This document shows positions 56,515 through 64,000 of a stretch of DNA of 64,000 nucleotides, one piece after another. A program made the position numbers and the translations under genes. The notes below the pieces were generated by a model. That model saw only the letters and a list, made by a program, of their open reading frames with translations. It did not search any database and was not told the DNA's origin. Positions within the stretch are counted from its first letter, which is position 1. Each line of letters opens with the position of its first letter. The DNA lies in assembly GCF_009914755.1 (NCBI RefSeq), contig NC_060932.1. One strand, written 5' to 3'. The DNA comes from the human T2T-CHM13v2.0 reference genome, Homo sapiens.

Positions 56515-58316
56515 ATACGATCAATTTAGAAAATAACTCAGATCACGCCACTCCTGTTTAAAACCTCTCAATCACACTTACAATCAAATCCCCAGGCAGT
56601 CCATGACCTACACGATCTGGCTCCACCTCTATCTTGCCCAGCATTCCCCTGCATCTCCCTCTTGCTCAGTTCTCTCCCGCCACATCTTCCTTCATGACAT
56701 AGCTCAAATATGCCTTACTGCCCCTTGGGGCACCCATATGACCTGTTCCAGCTGCCTGGCTGCTTCCCCCCAGGGAGGGTGCCTTCATGCCCCTCAATTC
56801 TGCACTTTCCCCACCTTCAACTTGAAAAAAATACCCTCTCCCCATTCCCCACACACTTCAACACCTCCTCTTGTTGTAATTTCTTCATAACACCTAATAC
56901 AATGTGTAATTGTATGACTGACTTTTTAATTCCCTGTGTTTTCATCTCCTCAGAATGTAAGCAGGACAGAAACTCTGTCTTGTTTGCTACTGTATCTTCA
57001 GCACCTACAAGACTGGCTGAAGTAGGGAAGCTGCCTCGTAAGGATTTGATCAACAACTAAATGAGTGATCAAACTGCATGTTACAAGAGGTTCACTTTAT
57101 GCTTCTGGGTCACTGGCCAAACAAGGAAGTAATAATAGTAGTAGTAGTAAATACTTATACAGCACTTACTACAGACCAATAATAATAATAACAGATACTT
57201 ATACAGCACTAACTATAGACCAAATGCTGCTCCAAGCACTTTTTATTCAAGCCCCTTAATTGTCACCACAACCCTATGAGGTAGATATATGTTCTGGATG
57301 AGGAAACTAAGGCACAGACAATTAAAGTTACTTGTCCAAGGTCACATAGTTTAGGAAGTGGCAGAGCTATGATATGAACTCCAGCAGTCTGGCTTCAAAA
57401 TCTATGACCCTAACCACTACATTAGAGATATTGGAGAATCACAGACATTTTGAAGGTGAAAGTCTTACAGAGGCCAAATGACTAGATGAGGCACAAAGCT
57501 GACCAGGTGGCGCTGATGCTGCTTCCCACATGAGAAACAGGACATAAAAACCCATGTTGTTATGACATTCATCTGGCAGCTGTGCCTTCAAGGTTTGGGT
57601 CATGCAAACATTTAAAAAATGCTGGTGTGGACAAGAGTGCACTGTGTATGTGCTTGAGCACTTGCTGTTATCAAGCTGGTAAAGTAAAACTTAGGTCTTA
57701 TTTGTTCATGGTAGTTTTACGATCAAATTAACTTTTGAAAAGCCTTTTCAGTGTAATTTGTGCTTTTTTTTTCCATCTGCATAGTGTTCTGTTGTGTGGC
57801 TCTACCATAGAGTATTTCATCAGATGCCTACAGATGGATACTTGTTTTGTTCCTAATCTTTTTGCATTACAGAATAGGAATAAATTCCCAGGAGTGGGAC
57901 TGCTGAGTCAAAGGGTAAGTACATTTATAATTTTGGTAAATATGGTTAATTTGTTTTTCATAGTGTACCATTTTGTACTCCCACTGGCAATATTATGAGA
58001 CAGAATGTCAGTTTCCCCACAGTCTTGCTGAGTGGGTTTTTAAGCATTTGGATTTTTGCCAGGCTAAAAGGAATCTCCCATTGTCTTTGAATGTCTCTTA
58101 CTCATCACAATATGCCATGTTTTTGAGAGAACTGCCCCCATGACAATCTGTGCTTCACAGAGCAGGTGCGCAGCTGCAACAACCTAGGGGAAGGTGAGGG
58201 TGAAAAGAATCTGTGCATCCCGGAAATACATTTCTAAATACTTTTCTTTGTTCTGCTTTCCCCTGACAATGGGGTTTGCTCTGGAAAACAAACAAACAAA
58301 CAAACAAACACTGTAA

Positions 58317-58625
<309 letters not shown>

Positions 58626-58710
58626 AAAAAAAAAAAAAGAAGTTTTTTGGAAGGGTAGAAAAACAATTATAGAATGGTTTAAAAAAGTTCAATATATCAG
58701 AAATACTTAC

Positions 58711-58802
58711 ATATCACTTGAAGGGGTGGGTTTTGGTGAGGGGCTGGGTAAATTTGCTTCCATAATATCATTAAAACTATTGTTTCCTACATTCTTGGCC
58801 AG
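58711..58802 (-). CDS. ASAP1: ASAP1 exon (92 nt): ArfGAP, LAKNVGNNSFNDIMEANLPSPSPKPTPSSD(M)
   Basis: Acceptor tgttacag|CTG, donor AT|gtaagt; phase 0 to 2. Confidence 0.96.
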
Positions 58803-60653
58803 CTGTAACAGAAAAAACAAACAACCACAATATAGCAAACTCTTTGCTACTAGTTAAAAGTCTCCTATTATTTGTTTTTGAGATTTATGAATATGTATTT
58901 TCCCTCATTTGACTTAGAATACAAACCACCGTCCATCTGGTCTACAAATATTTACTGAGCATCTACTACGTGCCAAGCACCAAACTAAGTGCTGGAAATA
59001 CAGAGATGGGTAAACTATGTTCCCTTTCCATAGATGCTCATAGTCTAGTGGGGCCATTGACAAGGAAATCAATCATGTCTACAAATATGTGATAAATGCT
59101 AGAACAGAATCTGGTTCTACACACATATAAACTATATGAGATTACAGAGAGCAGGCTCCATATGTGAGTCTAGGTTAAACTTTTAATAAACAGCAATAGC
59201 TTATCAACCACCATCATGTTTCCTTTTTATATTGAACAAATTTACTCCCAGGACAGAAAAGGACACAGGATTACTTTATATCTGGATACAGATTAAGATG
59301 CTGCAGGCAGCAGAGGACCCAGGAACCATTTTGCTTCTGGGTTCAAGAGCATTCTAAGAAAATTTGTTCTGAAGGGCCTCTAATCATTTTATGTAATTTT
59401 GGGATGCAAAGTTTAAGAAACATACATGCAACCATGTCTTTGAGGGAAAAAGTCTTGGGTTTATTGCATGGCAAACGTTTAGGATTTGGACTTTCCTCTT
59501 TCTTGTTGTCAAACTGGGTTTCATTAATACAGGTCAAGGAGATGAGGGACATCATTTCTGCACTAAAGAATGTGTTACAGGTAATAGGTCTGTGTCTTTT
59601 CTCTACAATCCTGAAGTGAACTAGGGAGCCGAGTATCAGCATGGTAACTTCCTACATTCTAAATTAGAAGGAATGTCTTGTATTGTGCATAGAACACAAG
59701 ACAGATCACGATTGCTTAGTGAACGCTCAGATGACCAGGGCTGCTGGCTGGGTCACTAACTGCCCTTTTTGGTTAAGGCTAATGATAAGCTAGACTTTCA
59801 GCTTTTTTTTGAGCCCAGGTTCATTCAGGTTCTGCTCAAGGGTGAGCCTCCTGTCTGAGAAGTCATACTTTATTTTAAAAATTTCACTCTTAGTACAAAG
59901 ACTCTCTCACAGTGCACCAGGTGTTAAAATTATGCAAAATGGGGCATTTGTCCAGTAGGCATCCTACTTGGGGGATGCCAAGTAGGCTCCCCTTCTGTAT
60001 TTTGGTATATCTCGGGGAGCAATTTGGACCTGATGACAACTCCAAATCTGGGTGACTCATGATGGGAAGGGCAGAGGTTAAAGGAAAACAAGTTTAAGTG
60101 TACATAACCCCTTTTTTGGATTAAGAAGCTAAGCACCACAACTTCTCACAATTTCTTCCCTTACTACCTAAAGAAGTTATGGGTTCAAGAGTAGTTGGTT
60201 TTATGACAATAGTTAACAAGCCACTTGTAATTCATGTGTACTTTTACAAACTTAGAAATAATAAAAAAAAATTGAGATAAACTCTTTAGTCATTATTTAC
60301 AACAGAAGCCATGAGGTAATGTGAACATTTGAGTTTAACTGCTATTTCCACGAGTTATATGAAAACTAATTCATAAAGAAAAATGTAGTTTTGAAGAAGA
60401 CCATCCCAAAAGAAAAGAGCCAATTTCACTGAGCTACTTATAGACATGTATGATTCATCCTTTCTTCAAACAGGAAATAGAAAGTCAGCATTACATACCA
60501 CAAAAGTTACATTTTAAACGTCTACGCAAACTCACAAAATTCAGGAATTATAATTCTTTGTACTCAGCAGACATACAAAAAAAATCCAAAACAATATATT
60601 AAAATTACTCATGACAATAATATCATTCTTCCCAAGTACAGGTCACTACTTAC

Positions 60654-60787
60654 CAAGAGTTCAGAAGTTCCTAATTTGTCTAGTTCCAAAGACTGAATGC
60701 GAGAAATATGAACCCCCATTTCCCTATGGATGCCAGAACATTCTATACAGGTCAAAATACCCAAGTTGGTTGAAAGCCAGGTGGGTT
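60654..60787 (-). CDS. ASAP1: ASAP1 exon (134 nt): ArfGAP zinc finger and catalytic Arg, (E)[44 protein letters not shown]
   Basis: Acceptor gttccacag|AA, donor TTG|gtaagt; completes CxxC-x16-CxxC-x4-R; visible in ORF 60609..60875. Confidence 0.98.
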
Positions 60788-61915
60788 CTGTGGAACGAAT
60801 GTTGAAGACAATGAAACAAAAAAGACATCTAATTTTAGTGTGCCAACTACAGAGGAAGCTAAAACAGTAGTACAAATTGTTAAGAACTATGAAGAAAAGA
60901 CTTAAATGGAAGAAATGGACTCTTGAGGTTTAGCCTAGGGGCTACCATAAAAGTTTCCCTTTGATACTGAACTGAAAACAAAATTAAGCACTTTATCCTT
61001 GTGAAAAAGTGAGAAAGGCTTTCCTTAAGAGACCCTATGCAACACCTCTAGGCCTGTGAGAGATGTTCCCTCACTGCCACTATCACCTCTGACAGTGATG
61101 GACTGAAGGTCTATTAAGTACTGCTCACAGGGGAGTGGATTCTATAGCCATCATTAACCTCCAAGTTGCAACTAACATTAACCTCAACAGTTCTTGGTCA
61201 TGGCCTCCCCATGAGCACTTCTTAGTAATAAGACAGCTGTAAATATTGAACACCAAATGTTTCTTTCAGTGACCTAAGGCCTTTTTTCTACAACCTCCAA
61301 TGGCCCTAGAACAATGGGAACTATTACTTCCATGTTAGCCAAATCTTCAGGTTTCTCTCTCTGGGTCAAGCTTCTTCCTGACTGGTCAATGCTTGAGATT
61401 TTACTACCTGCTTGCCATTTCCTGACACTACGTGTGTCACTATCATACATGTACACAATAATGGCAGAAAATCTGAGACTTCTCTCTGAGGTGCTTATGG
61501 CTTCTTGTGTAGAAAATCCAGTTTCACAAGTAAAACCGCAAAAAAGGTATATCACAGTGCTTAAGAATACCAGGTTTGCATCCTTGTTCTGACTCCTACT
61601 AGCTGTGTGACCTTATGCAAGTCATTCAACCTCTCTGAGTCCCAGTTTCCTCATCTGTAAAATGAGAACATTGGGATCTTGCTCACAGGGGTTCTGCAAG
61701 GATTCACTGAGATAAGCAAAACACCTAGCATGATTCTCAGTACAGCGGGAACACTCAGTGTTAGCTGTTGCCAATACACTGGTAATATAGTGCTATTTGA
61801 AAATAAAAGTTTGGGAGAAGGCGACTTCAATGTGATACAGAGGTGAGGGAAGGTGTGGCTGAGTAGGAAGGAAGGAAAATCATGTACCACATGTCAGTTG
61901 ATTTCACATGCACCA

Positions 61916-62242
<327 letters not shown>

Positions 62243-62624
62243 TAAGTAAACTACGAATCAGAATACTAAAGGGACTCAGTGTGAGATGGTCCAGGCTGGG
62301 AGTGGTGGACAGTGATACAAAATGTGGACCCCATGCCCCCTACTCTCTCCATAATGTCCATGGTGCTTATATACCTGGACCTTATAGGAAAGGTAGTATT
62401 TTGGCAGTGACACCTAGGAGAGCAAGAGGGGGCTTTCCAGGTAGAGAAAACAGCATAGGTAAAAGCAGCTCAGCGGTAGGAAAAATCACGTTGGGAATAC
62501 GTGTTTTGTGTGTGTATGTGAGTGTGTCCATAGGGGTTAAGGTTTTTCAATAACTAGATCGTTTTATATTCTACAGGAAGAGAAAGGATGTTGTAAAAGC
62601 TCGTTCAAATATGGGGACAAAAAC

Positions 62625-62788
62625 CTGATGAGCCACAATCGCAGCAAATGTCATTCCCTGGGAGCCGCTGGACATCCTCAATAATGGCTTTTGTCAGGTC
62701 TTCCAGGCTGTTCTCTCCCGCACTCTGCTCTCCACGGAAGGCCATGGTTAGGGCCTCTTCTTTGCTATTTGTCAATACTGATATCCAT
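62625..62788 (-). CDS. ASAP1: ASAP1 exon (164 nt): PH domain end and ArfGAP start, (A)WISVLTNSKEEALTMAFRGEQSAGENSLEDLTKAIIEDVQRLPGNDICCDCGSS(E)
   Basis: Acceptor ttttaccaacag|ATGG, donor TCAG|gttttt; phase 2 to 1; contains the first CxxC of the ArfGAP zinc finger. Confidence 0.96.
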
Positions 62789-63611
62789 CTGTTGGTAAAA
62801 ACATAAGAGGAAAAAAGTCTTTATAAGAGCATGGTCATTTTTTTTTTTTTTTTTTTTTTTTGCCACTGCAAAAAAAAAAAATCTACTTTTGTCAAGTAAT
62901 TCCAAAAGAGAAGCCCCCTTCCAAAATAGCAATAAAGTGAGGAAAAACAAAGAAATCAAACTTGAAGGAAGGTGAGAGTTAAAGAATGAAAAATGACACA
63001 TAGGGGAAAATGAGAGAGAGGAGAGGAGCAGATGAGAAAAGTAAAAAATCAATATAACTGAGGACTTGAACGAATATACAAGGAGACTGCATTTCCGTGT
63101 GGGCATACTGAATAAAGGGAATGTTGGAATGGAGAGGACTCAATGAGGGACCCATCCAATGCAAGGATGAGAAAGAAATGATGAGAAATGGAGAGGAGCC
63201 AGGAAAAGGAGTTTAGCAAAAGGTATGTATTTTCTGCAAGTCCATGTCAGTGGGGACACTTAACAGTGAAAATGAAGGGATATTTCATTAGCAGCCATAA
63301 AAATTTATACTTATGAAAAAGGCATATTAACATGGAAACATGATGACATTTATAATATTAAATGAAGACTGCAGATTTACTTATATACAGTATGACTACT
63401 GTATGTCCCAAACAAAATAACCCTTTGCTACTAAAATAACCCAGAAACCCAACAACAGAGAGTTGATTAACTAGGCCTGAAATAACCACAAAGTAGAACA
63501 GTTAAGCAGGCATTAAAGTGTACATTTTCAAATAATTTTTGGGTGACATTGGATAAATGCTCATAATATAGTGTTTTGTGAAATCAACAACAAAAAAACC
63601 TATTATATGAT

Positions 63612-63984
63612 TGATATGGTTTGGATTTGTGTCCTCACCCAAATCTCATCTTGAATTGTTATCCCCATAATCCCCAGGTGTCTGGGGAGAGACCCGTGTA
63701 GGAGGTGATTGGATCAAGGTGGCGGTTTCCCCCATGCTGTTCTCATGATAGTGAGTGAGTTGAGATCTGATGGTTTTATAAGGGGCTCTTCCCTCTTTGC
63801 TCCACACACTTCTCTCTCCTGCTGCCATGTGAAGAAAGACATGTTTGCTGCCCTTCCACCATAATTGTAAGTCTCCTGAGGCCTCCCCAGCCATGTGGAA
63901 CTGTGAGTCAATTAAACTTCTTTCCTTTATAAATTACCCAGTCTACAGTATTTCCTTATAGCAGTGTGAGAACGGGCTAATAGA
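63612..63984 (+). mobile_element. THE1D/MSTA-type MaLR solo LTR
   Basis: TGATATGG start; exact 5-bp TSD ATGAT at 63607-63611 and 63985-63989. Confidence 0.9.
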
Positions 63985-64000
63985 ATGATATAATCCCAAA

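Overview
Primate (human-like) genomic DNA from inside ASAP1 (ArfGAP with SH3 domain, ankyrin repeat and PH domain 1), which runs on the minus strand through the whole window. I can read 12 internal coding exons with GT-AG ends and consistent phases (62788 down to 11052). They encode the end of the PH domain, the ArfGAP zinc finger, the ankyrin repeats, the acidic linker and the first part of the Pro-rich region, including the 171-nt cassette exon. Both gene ends lie outside the window. The introns hold about 45 Alus, a ~5 kb L1M remnant, solo LTRs, DNA-transposon fossils, a U6 retrocopy and, at 1-7745, two divergent MER21-type ERV remnants, one with an env-like trace. MIR/L2 fragments are frequent but not itemised. 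Repeat subfamily names come from recall of consensus sequences and most repeat boundaries are approximate. I found no clearly new biological system. The best leads are splicing-related structures and retroelement history.
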